64,000 bases of DNA from Candidatus Poribacteria bacterium (GCA_964291315.2 OZ219750.1:416001-480000), one strand, 5' to 3'. Counted from the stretch's first letter, positions 50,888 through 61,149 are shown. A program made the numbers and translations. Notes: generated by a model not told the origin, from the letters alone.

Positions 50888-52874
50888 TCATAGCGGTTTG
50901 CTGTAAAACACCCTATTCAACGTCTTATCTGCCTCACTGACCTGAAATGTTTCGTCTTCTATTTCAGAGAGATGCACATACAACTGGTTCTTATCCAATA
51001 ACTCCGCTAACAGACGCTTCTGTTGCTCAACGTCCTTGATAGCGCTAAAGTGTGCTTCGGCCCCCTCCGGGGCATCAGGGGTGATGTACCAATTGAGAGC
51101 GGAGTCTTCTGCCATATCGCGCCAGATGTCTAGCAGCTCTGCAGAAGTGGTTGCGAACTGGATCCGCTCCATGAAAACTTGGTTGTAAGGCATTAGCTCA
51201 CAGGATATGAAATTCTCGCCGAGGAGTTTCTCTTTTTCAATGACTTTCCGGAGTCGTTCTTTGCAAACGGCTATGTGCTTTTCCAGCTGCTCTACCAGTA
51301 TAAACTGCCGATTGCCGCTATCGTGTTTGTTCAGTTCTAAGACCGCATGTCCTGTAGTGCCTGAACCCGCAAAGAAGTCAAGCACAATATCTCCTGGATC
51401 TGTTGTAATTTTTATGATGTCTAAAACTGTATATAGGGACTTCGGGTACGAAACGCTTTTTCTTCCAATAATTTTTTCCAAAAGTTTGGTGCCATGGCTT
51501 ACCGCATTGTATTTCTTGGCAATCCAATGGGTTGTAAATACTTCAACTTCCCTAACCTTATAGAAAATTCTGATTTCGTCCTTCTGGTTTTTCTGCGCAA
51601 CGATTTCGTCACGTCTTACTTTTTTTAAAAAACTTTTGGGCTTTAGAAACCAGATTCTTTCAACACCGTTGTTAATTGGTAAAATCTTGTGATAATTTTT
51701 TTCTTCGATTAATGAAATATCGTCTAAATTAGAGCTGACATAGATAGGATAGAAGTTGTCTGGTTTGTTTCTTCGCAGTTCCTCGCCTCTAATAAACGAT
51801 CTGAGTTTATATTTTCCATTTTCATCTTCAAGATTAAAATTCGCTTTTTTCCCCTCTGAAATTAGAACTTTCCGGAAATTTGCAAGCGATCTATCTCTGG
51901 CATACACAAGCATAAATTCATTACTTGTCCCGAAAAACTTTTCCTGGCTTCTGCCTTCTGGTTTGTGTACAACAGTTATAACGCCTAATTTATTTTCTCT
52001 CCCAAATATCTCATCTACCAACGCTCCTAAATAAAAAAGTTCATGATGATCAATAGCAATAGCAATGAATCCATCAGGGGTCAGCAATTCTCTTGCAACC
52101 TCTAACCTATTTTTCATAAACGTCAGCCACGTTGAGTGATTAAAAGCGTTGTTGTAGGTAAAGGTCTCCGATGAACCACCCGTATTATACGGCGGGTCTA
52201 TGTAAATGAGTTTGACCCGCCCGCGAAATTGCTCTTTAAGGGTGTGCAGGACAATCAGGTTGTTGCCTTTGATGACAAGGTTCTCACGGATAACACCGGC
52301 ATCATCTCGCTTCAGTTTGAGAGTTCCGTTTTCTATGTGCTTATCACAGATTACCCCCCCCGCTCTTATCAACCTCTCCTCCCATCGCCCTAACACCATG
52401 ACGCTCCCAACACGTCAGAACCTTCGCATCAAACATACGATCTATCTCATCCGGCGCCAGAACCTCATTGAAGAATATCTCTTCACGTCTCTCCTCTTCA
52501 TGTATCTGACCGCCTTCCAATATACAATCCTTATACGGCCAGACCAAAGCGACTTCCCCCCGCTCACGCAGATATTTGCCATCAATATTCAAACCTATTC
52601 TATTACGGAACTGGGTATAGGAATCGGCAAAGAAGTTCTTATCCGTGATATAATCAACGAAGGTGTTGTTATCGAAGATCCAACGTCCTGCTATCTCTTT
52701 GAAGAACTTCACCGCTATTTCTTCTTCTGTGGAGAGCAGGCTGATCAGCTCGGGGTCGAGTTTCCAAGCCCGTTCTCTGACGCTTGCACGCTGGAGTGCT
52801 CCGGTAGCATCAACAAAGTTAGAGTTGGTTTCAAGAAGTCTCATCAGTTTTTGGTCAAAACGTTTCTTTGACAT
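50888..52874 (-). CDS. mod: Type III R-M Mod subunit, frameshifted at a G8 tract; allele B (different TRD)
   Basis: Same DPPY and FAGSG motifs; 176 aa and 503 aa ORFs overlap at C8 (52354-52361); fused product about 661 aa. Confidence 0.9.
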
Positions 52875-53005
52875 ATAGATACATCCTTTTTGTCTTCCTG
52901 TGAGCTAATATGAGTTGATAAATACTTGGTCAATTTTTGTATAAAGCGAGTCTTCTGGTGTGATGAGGTCATCAAATGTTGTCTTGAAAGGGAGTTCTCT
53001 GATGG

Positions 53006-53034
53006 ATTATACCACTATTCTGTGAAATAGACAA
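53006..53034 (-). promoter_or_regulatory. Sigma70-type promoter of mod copy 2
   Basis: TTGTCT-17 nt-TATAAT, identical to copy 1. Confidence 0.7.
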
Positions 53035-53136
53035 CTTTTTTCTCCGTTATGAGCAAAGCTGTTTAGGTTTCTGTATTTCTGTTCCTATTAATTCTAGATC
53101 ATCCTCTGACGTTGTTAGGGAGGTTTCTAACCTCGC

Positions 53137-53973
53137 TTATTTTTCGGCTTTTCCAGCGGTTTTTGCCAGTCGAAAACCGACAAAAGAGGTCTTAAGGTTC
53201 GGGTAGAGATAAAACCTAAAAGTGGTGCTACATCGGTTGATCGTATCGATATAAGAGCCTCCTCGGAGGACGCGCCAGCTGCCGAGGCTCGGTCCCATCG
53301 GATTCTTTTTTGGACGTTTTCCTCTGGTCTGCAAACTTGCCGCATAATAGACATCGCTGTACCAATCGGCTGTCCATTCCCAGACGTTGCCAGCCATATC
53401 CATCGCTCCAAAGTAACTTTTGCCTTTTGGGAAACTCCCGACAGGTGCGATGCGGTTCTCATAGTCGTCGTCTGCTTCAGCAGTATTGGCGTGCATTTCC
53501 ACTGTATTGCCCCAGGGCCATATTCTATTGGTATAACCGCGCGCGGCCTTCTCCCACTCGGCTTCTGTCGGGAGTCGCATGCCTTTCCATGTGGCATAAG
53601 CGATAGCATCATGCCATGATACACCTACGACGGGATGATTCGGAAATTCTTCTGCGCGTGCTGGCCAGTTGCCGATATCGGGCAGGTGTGAGAAGTTTTC
53701 TGGCGTGTGTCGGGGCATTTGTTCTGGTTGGAGTTTCCAAAACTCATAGTATTCGGTGTTCGTTACCTCGTACTTGCCGATATAGTAGGCATCAAGATAG
53801 ACTTTGTGCATCGGTTTTTCGTCGGCTGCACGATTCCCACTTCCCATTGTAAAAGTTCCAGCAGGGATAAGTATGAGTTCTGTTTCCGGTGTCCCAAAAC
53901 AGAGACTGGTACTGAAGAGCAGGATACATACAACCCCAATATGTTTATTTTTGCTTGGATAAGAGGTATTCAT
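53137..53973 (-). CDS. Formylglycine-generating enzyme (FGE-sulfatase/SUMF1) family protein
   Basis: IPAGTFTMG, KYEVTN, HPVVGVSW, RLPTEAEWEKAARG, DMAGNVWEW, VLRGGS, GFR. Confidence 0.93.
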   Translation of the reverse strand: MNTSYPSKNKHIGVVCILLFSTSLCFGTPETELILIPAGTFTMGSGNRAADEKPMHKVYLDAYYIGKYEVTNTEYYEFWKLQPEQMPRHTPENFSHLPDIGNWPARAEEFPNHPVVGVSWHDAIAYATWKGMRLPTEAEWEKAARGYTNRIWPWGNTVEMHANTAEADDDYENRIAPVGSFPKGKSYFGAMDMAGNVWEWTADWYSDVYYAASLQTRGKRPKKNPMGPSLGSWRVLRGGSYIDTINRCSTTFRFYLYPNLKTSFVGFRLAKTAGKAEK

Positions 53974-55111
53974 AAATGTGATAATGCTCCTGTGCGAGTT
54001 TTTGGTTACCTATTCCTTGGTAGAGTCTTGAGAGGCTAAGATGATAGTAGGGCTGCTCGCTCTCGAGCTCGACGGCTTTTTGGAATGCAGCAATTGCGTT
54101 TTGCGTTTCGCCCTGCATCGCATAGAGGCTGCCGAGAGTGTTGTAAAGAATGGCTTCATCTGGTCTGAGGCGGATCGCTTTCAGAGCGGCTTCCATGCCA
54201 TGTTTGGGGTAGTTGAGGCTCATGAATGCTCGGCTTAGCCCGTGATAAAAATTGGCGTTGTTTGGATCCAGTTTGATGCATTTTTGAAAAGCTTGGATGG
54301 CTTTTCCGTAGTTTTTTTGTTGCATCAACAGCGTAGTTAAACCTGTCCAGGCTTCGAGGTTATCCGGTTCATTACGGGTCAAACGAGTGAGGCGTTCATA
54401 TTCGGCATGTTCTTTCTGGTATTGCTGAAAGATTTGCATTTCGGCTCGGCTTTTTTCCCTGTTTCCCAATCGGAAATATGCTGTGCCGAGTCCATAGTGT
54501 GGATCAGCATAGCGGGCGGGTCCGAATGCTATTGCCTGTTTAAAGTTTTCTATCGCTGCGTTGTATTCTTTTAGATTAAGATAGGCGGTACCGAGTTCGT
54601 AGTAACTGCCTGCTGCTTTTGGTTTCAGCGTGAGTGCTTGTTTTAAGATTGGGACGGCTTCGGCGTACCGGCGGAGTTTCATGAGTGATTTGCCGAGCAC
54701 CTCGTGTCCGCGTGCATGTTGCGGGTCTATCTCAACGACTCGTTGTAGCATTGTGAAAGCTTCTGTCCATTTGTCAAGTCTGAAATAGGCGACACCAAGT
54801 GAATAGAGTGCCTCTATATTATCTGGCATCAATGTGAGAGAACGTTTGTAACTCTCAACGGCTTTGTTCAGAAGTTCTTCTTGGGCGTACGCCATTCCGA
54901 GGTAGTGAAATATCTCGGGGTGCGCGGATTCGAGTGTGAGGGCGGCTTCAAACTCGGAAATCGCCCCTTGATTATCGCCTTGAAACGTGAGAAGAAAACC
55001 GCGTTCTACGTGTTGTACGTATCTGCTGTGGTTCCCAGGTTTTTCGTCTGCGGGACCTAGCAGCGGCGAACAGAGCCAGAGGATGATGGTAAATTTTAAC
55101 CAATTTTGCAT
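53945..55111 (-). CDS. Tetratricopeptide repeat protein (secreted)
   Basis: Signal peptide and about nine TPR units (YLGMAY, YSLGVAY, YELGTAY, NTLGSLY). Confidence 0.9.
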   Translation of the reverse strand: MQNWLKFTIILWLCSPLLGPADEKPGNHSRYVQHVERGFLLTFQGDNQGAISEFEAALTLESAHPEIFHYLGMAYAQEELLNKAVESYKRSLTLMPDNIEALYSLGVAYFRLDKWTEAFTMLQRVVEIDPQHARGHEVLGKSLMKLRRYAEAVPILKQALTLKPKAAGSYYELGTAYLNLKEYNAAIENFKQAIAFGPARYADPHYGLGTAYFRLGNREKSRAEMQIFQQYQKEHAEYERLTRLTRNEPDNLEAWTGLTTLLMQQKNYGKAIQAFQKCIKLDPNNANFYHGLSRAFMSLNYPKHGMEAALKAIRLRPDEAILYNTLGSLYAMQGETQNAIAAFQKAVELESEQPYYHLSLSRLYQGIGNQKLAQEHYHIYEYLLSKQK

Positions 55112-55174
55112 AAGACGGTCCTGATTTAGAGTTTTGATGTTGTGTTATGTCTGTGGTTCTCGAAGTACATTTAC

Positions 55175-55203
55175 ATTTTAACCACACGGGTGGAAAAAGT
55201 CAA
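55175..55203 (-). promoter_or_regulatory. Sigma70-type promoter of the TPR-FGE genes
   Basis: TTGACT-17 nt-TAAAAT with extended -10 TG on the minus strand. Confidence 0.65.
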
Positions 55204-55325
55204 GTTTTTTGGTGATTGGAAGTTGGCTTTCACGAGATCCAATATTCAAAGGGTGACATGTATCAAGTTCACATTACCATCGATAGTCAACCGCTGCGTG
55301 CCCTTACTAACAATCCAAAATTCAA

Positions 55326-55354
55326 TTGACATTAGCGACACTTTTTGATACAAT
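55326..55354 (+). promoter_or_regulatory. Consensus-like sigma70 promoter, probably giving a leaderless mRNA
   Basis: TTGACA-17 nt-TACAAT; ATG begins 7 nt downstream; no SD sequence. Confidence 0.75.
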
Positions 55355-55360
55355 CTGACT

Positions 55361-55861
55361 ATGCCACGAAAAAACAGAATTCTCAGTGTCGGTGATACCG
55401 CGCCGCTATTTACGCTCCGTTCTCATCAACGGAGGGAAGTTTCTCTCGAAGCATACCGAGACACGCAAAATGTTGTTTTAACCTTTTTTCGCGGGACGTG
55501 GTGACCGAACAGCCGCCGCCAGTTGGTGGCGGTTCAAGACAACTTTGAGGCGTACGTCGAATGGGCAGCAACGCCGCTTGCTATTGCGGGCCAGTGGCCT
55601 CGTGAGATCCGCAGCTATGCCGAGAAAAACGGTATCACATTTCCGCTGTTGGTTGACAGAACACGAGAGGTTATCAAAAGTTATGGGGTTTATCATTGGC
55701 TGAGTCTGGAGGCTTACAACATCGCGCGTCCGGCAACCTTTATCATTGACCAAACCGGCATCATTAGATATATGTATATCGGCTCACATCAGTTCGATCT
55801 CGTCGATCAGACAAAAGTCCTTGAATCTCTAATGAGAATGGCGGTAGGTAGTCAAGTGTGA
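55361..55861 (+). CDS. Selenocysteine-containing AhpC/TSA (peroxiredoxin-like) protein, 166 aa, Sec at codon 48
   Basis: MPRKNRILSVGDTAPLFTL..VVLTFFRGTW-TGA-PNS continues in frame into FPLLVD..ARPATFIIDQTGIIRY; TGA at 55502-55504 occupies the redox-Cys position. Confidence 0.88.
55511..55534 (+). promoter_or_regulatory. Bacterial SECIS-like hairpin
   Basis: AGCCGCCGCC-AGTT-GGTGGCGGTT; 16 nt between the UGA and the loop; G at loop position 2. Confidence 0.75.
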
Positions 55862-55981
55862 GCTGTTAAAGAGCCCCTTTTTAACCGGCGACTGACAATT
55901 GTCCAAGAAATGATTTTTATTTTACGGTTGAATATGGTATACTATATGAAAACATGGATTGATTGTAGGTAGTGGATTTTC

Positions 55982-57085
55982 ATGGAGGCAGGACATAAAA
56001 CCTTTATGAAACGCGCTTTGGATTTAGCGCGTCGAGGCAAGGGACGCACGAGTCCGAATCCGATCGTGGGTGCGGTTATTGTAAAGGCCGGTCAGGTCGT
56101 CGGTGAAGGGTTTCATCAGAAAGCGGGGACACCACACGCCGAGGTCCACGCTTTGAACGCTGCCGGTGAAAATGCTGAAGGTGCAACGCTTTACACGAAC
56201 CTTGAACCTTGTTGTCATTGGGGGCGGACCCCGCCCTGCGTGGGGGCACTCCTTCAGGCAGGTATTGCTGAAGTCTATGTGGCTGAAGTTGATCCAAACC
56301 CGAGTGTTGCCGGCAAGGGCGTTCGCCAATTGAGGAATGCAGGAGTTCGCGTGCATGTGGGTCTATGTGCTGAAGAGGCCGCGCGTTTGAATGAAGTTCA
56401 CAGAAAATATATTCAGACCGGCAAGCCGTTTGTTATCTTGAAGACCGCTATGAGTCTTGATGGGAAAATTGCTACTGTGTCGGGTGAATCGCAATGGATT
56501 ACTGCTGAGGTGTCCCGGTATCGCGGGCATGAGATTCGAGATACTGTAGATGCTATTCTCGTTGGGAGGGGCACAGTTGTTCACGATAATCCTGAACTAA
56601 CCACGCGGCTTCAAGATAGACATGGACGCGATCCCATCCGGATTGTATTAGATTCACACGGCCGGACATCTCCTGATGCCCGCATTTTCAACCCTGAAAG
56701 CAGTGCGGGGGTTATGATTGCTGTAACGCCGGACGCACCGATGCACAATGTCAACGTTCTCAAAAAGACAGGGGCGGAGGTCATAACCGTTCCAGAGGTG
56801 CATGGTAGGATCTGTTTCAAGCATTTGATGAAGATACTTGGCGACTGTAAGATAACGAGTGTTCTGATAGAGGGTGGTGGCGAAATCAACGCCGCTGCGG
56901 TGGCAGCGGGTGTCGTCGATAAGATTATGTGTTTCGTTGCTCCTAAGCTTATTGGTGGAAGGGGTGCTCCGGGGCCTATCGGTGGCGAAGGGTTCGCTAC
57001 TTTGCGGAATGTGCCGCATGTGCAACGTATTCATATCACACCCATGCCCGGTTCCGACGACTTTCTAATTGAGGGGTATCTATAG
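55982..57085 (+). CDS. ribD: Bifunctional riboflavin deaminase/reductase
   Basis: TSPNPIVGAV, HAE, LEPCCH.GRTPPC, SLDGKIA, DNPELT, LIEGG. Confidence 0.97.
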   Translation: MEAGHKTFMKRALDLARRGKGRTSPNPIVGAVIVKAGQVVGEGFHQKAGTPHAEVHALNAAGENAEGATLYTNLEPCCHWGRTPPCVGALLQAGIAEVYVAEVDPNPSVAGKGVRQLRNAGVRVHVGLCAEEAARLNEVHRKYIQTGKPFVILKTAMSLDGKIATVSGESQWITAEVSRYRGHEIRDTVDAILVGRGTVVHDNPELTTRLQDRHGRDPIRIVLDSHGRTSPDARIFNPESSAGVMIAVTPDAPMHNVNVLKKTGAEVITVPEVHGRICFKHLMKILGDCKITSVLIEGGGEINAAAVAAGVVDKIMCFVAPKLIGGRGAPGPIGGEGFATLRNVPHVQRIHITPMPGSDDFLIEGYL

Positions 57086-57086
57086 G

Positions 57087-57758
57087 ATGTTTACAGGAAT
57101 TATAGAAGAACGGGGAACAGTTAGAAATATCCAGTCTTCATGCGAAAATACTACGCTTGAAATTCAAGCGAGCGAAATTCTCACAGATGCAAAAGTCGGA
57201 GCTAGTATTTCCGTTGATGGTGTTTGTCTCACAATCCGATCCTTGACCCCAAGGGCATTCACTGCAGATATTTCTGCTGAAACCCTACGTCGGACGACGT
57301 TGGGTGAGCGAAGGGTCGGTGAACAGGTTAACTTGGAAGGTTCGCTCCGGTTAAGCGACAGATTGTGCGGACATCTGGTGCTTGGGCATGTGGATGAGGT
57401 GGCGAGAATCTGCGCGTGGCGGGATGAAGGCGATGCTTCATTGATGCGGGTCACAATGAGCAGTCATACCAGACGCTATATCACCTACAAGGGTTCTGTC
57501 ACGGTTGACGGTATCAGTTTAACGGTGTCAGGTGTCCACGAAGATTCCTTTGAGGTTGCTTTGATTCCGCATACAAAGCAGGTTACAACCTTAAGAACGC
57601 GACGAAACGGGGCTAACGTAAACATTGAAGTAGATATTATTGCGCGTTATCTTGAGACACTTCTGACAAATAGTGCGGAGGCAGCGGGTTGGCGTGAACG
57701 GCCGCGCTGTGAGACGCTCAATTTAAGTTTTTTAGCGAGACACGGTTACATTGATTAA
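57087..57758 (+). CDS. ribE: Riboflavin synthase (alpha chain)
   Basis: MFTGIIEE N-terminus, VDGVCLT, GHLVLGHVD, DGISLTV, LIPHT, VNIEVD. Confidence 0.96.
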   Translation: MFTGIIEERGTVRNIQSSCENTTLEIQASEILTDAKVGASISVDGVCLTIRSLTPRAFTADISAETLRRTTLGERRVGEQVNLEGSLRLSDRLCGHLVLGHVDEVARICAWRDEGDASLMRVTMSSHTRRYITYKGSVTVDGISLTVSGVHEDSFEVALIPHTKQVTTLRTRRNGANVNIEVDIIARYLETLLTNSAEAAGWRERPRCETLNLSFLARHGYID

Positions 57759-57897
57759 AGGTTGTCAGTACGTCTGTTGTGTGGATTTTCAGGGATCAGT
57801 TACAGAGCCGTTTGTGGCAGAAATTTGCTTGGCGTATGAAGATGGAACTGGTACAAGGCTCAACCGACAACCGATACCTATAAGATGGTAGGCAAGA

Positions 57898-59130
57898 ATG
57901 CCCAATAGATTTAATACCATTCCTGAAGCACTCGATGCAATCCGGAACGGGGAACTGATTGTCGTTGTTGATGAACCCGACCGTGAAAACGAAGGGGACC
58001 TCATCATGGCGGCTGAAAAAGTGACTGCAGAGACTATCAATTTCATGGCGAAATACGGGCGCGGTTTGGTATGTCTGCCTACCTGTTCCGAACGGCTTTC
58101 TGAACTTGAGCTCTACCCCATGGTGACCTCGAATACCGACCAGATGCAGACCGCTTTCACTGTCACGATTGACGCAAAAGAGGTCACGACGGGGATCTCG
58201 GCGCAAGAACGGGCATATACTATTCGCAAGTTTGTTGACCCAAACGCGGTACCATCGGATTTTGTGCGCCCTGGACACATTTTCCCGTTGGAGGCTAAGC
58301 CCGGCGGGGTGCTTAGGCGCGCTGGGCATACAGAGGCAACTGTTGATCTGGCACGTATGGCGGGATTCTATCCGGCGGGTGTGCTTTGTGAGATACTCAA
58401 CGAAGACGGGAGCATGGCACGCGTGCCGGAGCTGATGGAATTCGCTGCACAACACCGCCTGAAAATTATCACGATTGCCGACCTGATCGCCTACCGCCGT
58501 CAGACAGAAACACTGATTAAACGAGTTGCGACGGCTGACATTCCGACTGCACATGGTGAATTCAAACTCTATGCCTATGAGAGCACTGACACCGGTGGGG
58601 AGAGCGTCGAATCTGATAAAACCCACGTCGCGCTCACAAAAGGGGATGTTGCAGATGCTTCCCCTATCTTGGTCCGCGTGCATTCGCAATGCCTCACTGG
58701 AGATGTTTTTGGCTCACTCAGGTGTGATTGCGGAGAGCAGCTTGAAATTGCCTTGCAAACTATAGAGAAAGAGGGTAAGGGTGTACTCGTGTATATGCGC
58801 CAGGAAGGTAGAGGAATGGGGCTCAAGCAGAAGCTCCGGGCTTATCAACTGCAGGACAATGACGGGTTGGACACCGTTGAAGCGAATGAACACCTCGGTT
58901 TTCCGGCAGATCTCCGCGATTATGGCATCGGGGCGCAGATACTCGCCGCCCTCGGCGTTCAAAAGATGCGATTAATGACAAACAATCCACAGAAGATCAG
59001 AGGGTTAGCGGGCCATGGTCTCGAAATTGTGGAGCGCGTTCCGTTGCAAACTGAGCCGACCCCCTTTAACCGGAGATATTTACAGACAAAACGTTCTAAG
59101 CTTGGACACCTCCTTTTGGATGAGGAATAA
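57898..59130 (+). CDS. ribBA: Bifunctional DHBP synthase / GTP cyclohydrolase II
   Basis: [42 protein letters not shown]. Confidence 0.97.
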   Translation: MPNRFNTIPEALDAIRNGELIVVVDEPDRENEGDLIMAAEKVTAETINFMAKYGRGLVCLPTCSERLSELELYPMVTSNTDQMQTAFTVTIDAKEVTTGISAQERAYTIRKFVDPNAVPSDFVRPGHIFPLEAKPGGVLRRAGHTEATVDLARMAGFYPAGVLCEILNEDGSMARVPELMEFAAQHRLKIITIADLIAYRRQTETLIKRVATADIPTAHGEFKLYAYESTDTGGESVESDKTHVALTKGDVADASPILVRVHSQCLTGDVFGSLRCDCGEQLEIALQTIEKEGKGVLVYMRQEGRGMGLKQKLRAYQLQDNDGLDTVEANEHLGFPADLRDYGIGAQILAALGVQKMRLMTNNPQKIRGLAGHGLEIVERVPLQTEPTPFNRRYLQTKRSKLGHLLLDEE

Positions 59131-59305
59131 ATTGCTGTCCGGGTAAGAGATCAAGTCATTAACAGACTCCTAATATGAAGTATTAGAAACTTTTCAGAAG
59201 TCTGATGAGTTGAATTTAACGATAAACCGCCGTGAAGCAGAGTACTTATGAGCAAGTCCGCCGCAAAACGAAGTGGAACGGTGACCGGATTTAATAGGTA
59301 GAAAT

Positions 59306-59785
59306 ATGCCAAACGTTTACGAAGGGCACCTCCTCGGCGAGGGACTCACGTTCGGAGTTGTTGTGAGTCGATTCAATAGTTTTGTTACGGAAAAACTCCT
59401 TGTTGGTGCCTTGGATGCCCTAAAACGACACGCTGTTGATCTGGACAAAGTTGATGTTTTTTGGACATCTGGTGCCTTTGAGATTCCCGCAATTGCTAAA
59501 CGCCTCGCGGCGAGTAAGAAATATGATGCTGTTCTCTGTCTTGGAGCAGTGATCCGGGGCGCGACACCACATTTTGACTATGTTGCTGCTGAGAGCGCGA
59601 AGGGAATAGCCCAGGCATCCGTCAGTACTGACATCCCGGTTATCTATGGGGTTATTACTGCGGATACTATAGAACAGGCACTTGAACGCTCTGGAATAAA
59701 GCTAGGAAACAAAGGTTTTGAAGTCGCTGTTACTGGAATTGAGATGGCGAATCTTTATAAAACGATTGACAAAGCTCTCACTTGA
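59306..59785 (+). CDS. ribH: 6,7-dimethyl-8-ribityllumazine synthase
   Basis: [31 protein letters not shown]. Confidence 0.97.
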   Translation: MPNVYEGHLLGEGLTFGVVVSRFNSFVTEKLLVGALDALKRHAVDLDKVDVFWTSGAFEIPAIAKRLAASKKYDAVLCLGAVIRGATPHFDYVAAESAKGIAQASVSTDIPVIYGVITADTIEQALERSGIKLGNKGFEVAVTGIEMANLYKTIDKALT

Positions 59786-60430
59786 GTCGTTAAAAAACTT
59801 TGCTACAACTTCTCTCTAATTTCACGGAGGTAGATGTCTTTCTAAAGCCGGTAATCTGATGTTATTTGCTAGGACGTTCTATGAGATTCGAGCCCGCTTA
59901 TCTCCAATAAACAAGTGGACAACAGAGATATGCGAATTAGCCACGGACGGAGAAATTATCGAACGCTGGCTGATGGTTCAGATGGACGCGGAGGCCCACA
60001 AAGAATTCCCAAAATAGCTTCAGAGCATTCGAAACGTCAAACGTAAAAAAAACAAAAGGGTGACAGATTTCAAAATGTGGTTTTATCCGTCGATGCTGTC
60101 ACCACAGGCATTATTTTCTTTTATGCCTGGGTAAACGGAGACCCTCATGAGAGAAAAATCTGGTGTCTTCTGTTTCCCTTGTTCAGCGGGTCCCTATAAT
60201 CGAGAAATCAATGCTTCTTCGGTGTTGTTTTACCCACCGCCTGCGGCCTGTGTATCCTCTAGATAGGGAATGTAAAGAGGCGGACTTAACCGTAGACCGC
60301 CGTGAGATGATTTTCTAACCGTGAATGCTCTTCTGTGTTTCGCAGCGGTTTTTAGGAGATTCAATCTACTCTAAGTGTTCAAAGGGTTCTGACTTTGTCC
60401 TGGATCAGCGCGGAAGGTGATGGTTAAAAT

Positions 60431-61051
60431 ATGGTTGCAATCATAGATTACGACGCGGGTAACCTGACAAGTGTTGCTCGCGCATTGACATATCTGGGTT
60501 ACGAAAATCAGATTACATCAGCTGCTGAGAGTATAGCCGCCGCTGAACGTGTTATTTTCCCTGGCGTCGGTGCAGCGAAAGCCACAATAGCAACCTTGAA
60601 GAAGCGCGGACTTAACGAGGTTTTGATTGACTTCTATCGCACCGGTAGACCGATGCTCGGTATCTGCATCGGTATCCAGATTCTCTTTTCACACAGCGAC
60701 GAAGAAGATACCGAGTGTCTTGGGATCCTGCCGGGATATGTCAAGAAATATCCTGTGCCGCGGGCAAGTATGGAAGTCGAAGCATTAAAAGTTCCACAGA
60801 TTGGGTGGAACGAGGTCTACCAGACAGTTCCGCATCCAATCTTTAAAGATGTTCCGAATCCGGCGCATTTCTATTTTGTCAATTCTTATTATCCTGTGCC
60901 GGACAATACGGATGTTGTTATTGGGAAAACGAAGTATGGGCTTGAATTCTGTAGTGCTGCCGCACACGATAACCTTGTTGCAACGCAGTTCCACCTTGAA
61001 AAGAGCGGACGCGTCGGGTTAAAGATGCTCAATAACTTCCTAACGTTTTAG
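60431..61051 (+). CDS. hisH: Imidazole glycerol phosphate synthase glutaminase subunit
   Basis: IIDYDAGNLTSV, FPGVG, LGICIG.Q, VPQIGWN, YFVNSY, QFHLEKS. Confidence 0.93.
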   Translation: MVAIIDYDAGNLTSVARALTYLGYENQITSAAESIAAAERVIFPGVGAAKATIATLKKRGLNEVLIDFYRTGRPMLGICIGIQILFSHSDEEDTECLGILPGYVKKYPVPRASMEVEALKVPQIGWNEVYQTVPHPIFKDVPNPAHFYFVNSYYPVPDNTDVVIGKTKYGLEFCSAAAHDNLVATQFHLEKSGRVGLKMLNNFLTF

Positions 61052-61149
61052 GGGTAGCGGTAGTAGGGCATTTATGATATGTGCAGATCTGTTTGCTGCC
61101 ACAAACATATGTCTGACGGTTGGCAGCCCAAGGTTTTCCATAGGAAAAG

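Larger units (their letters stand above)
50807..53071 (-). repeat. Copy 2 of the 2.3 kb direct repeat (Mod methyltransferase cassette)
   Basis: Near-identical to 13798-16077 apart from 51389-52028. Confidence 0.97.

Noticed and set aside
57796-58689. 297 aa minus-strand ORF
   Set aside because: It lies antisense to ribBA.
55862-59305. FMN riboswitch near the rib genes
   Set aside because: No RFN core (AGGGCGGGGUGAAAUUCCC..) was found upstream of ribD, ribBA or ribH.
59800-60420. Possible gene or ncRNA between ribH and hisH
   Set aside because: Only short broken frames are present, with no recognisable motif or stable structure.
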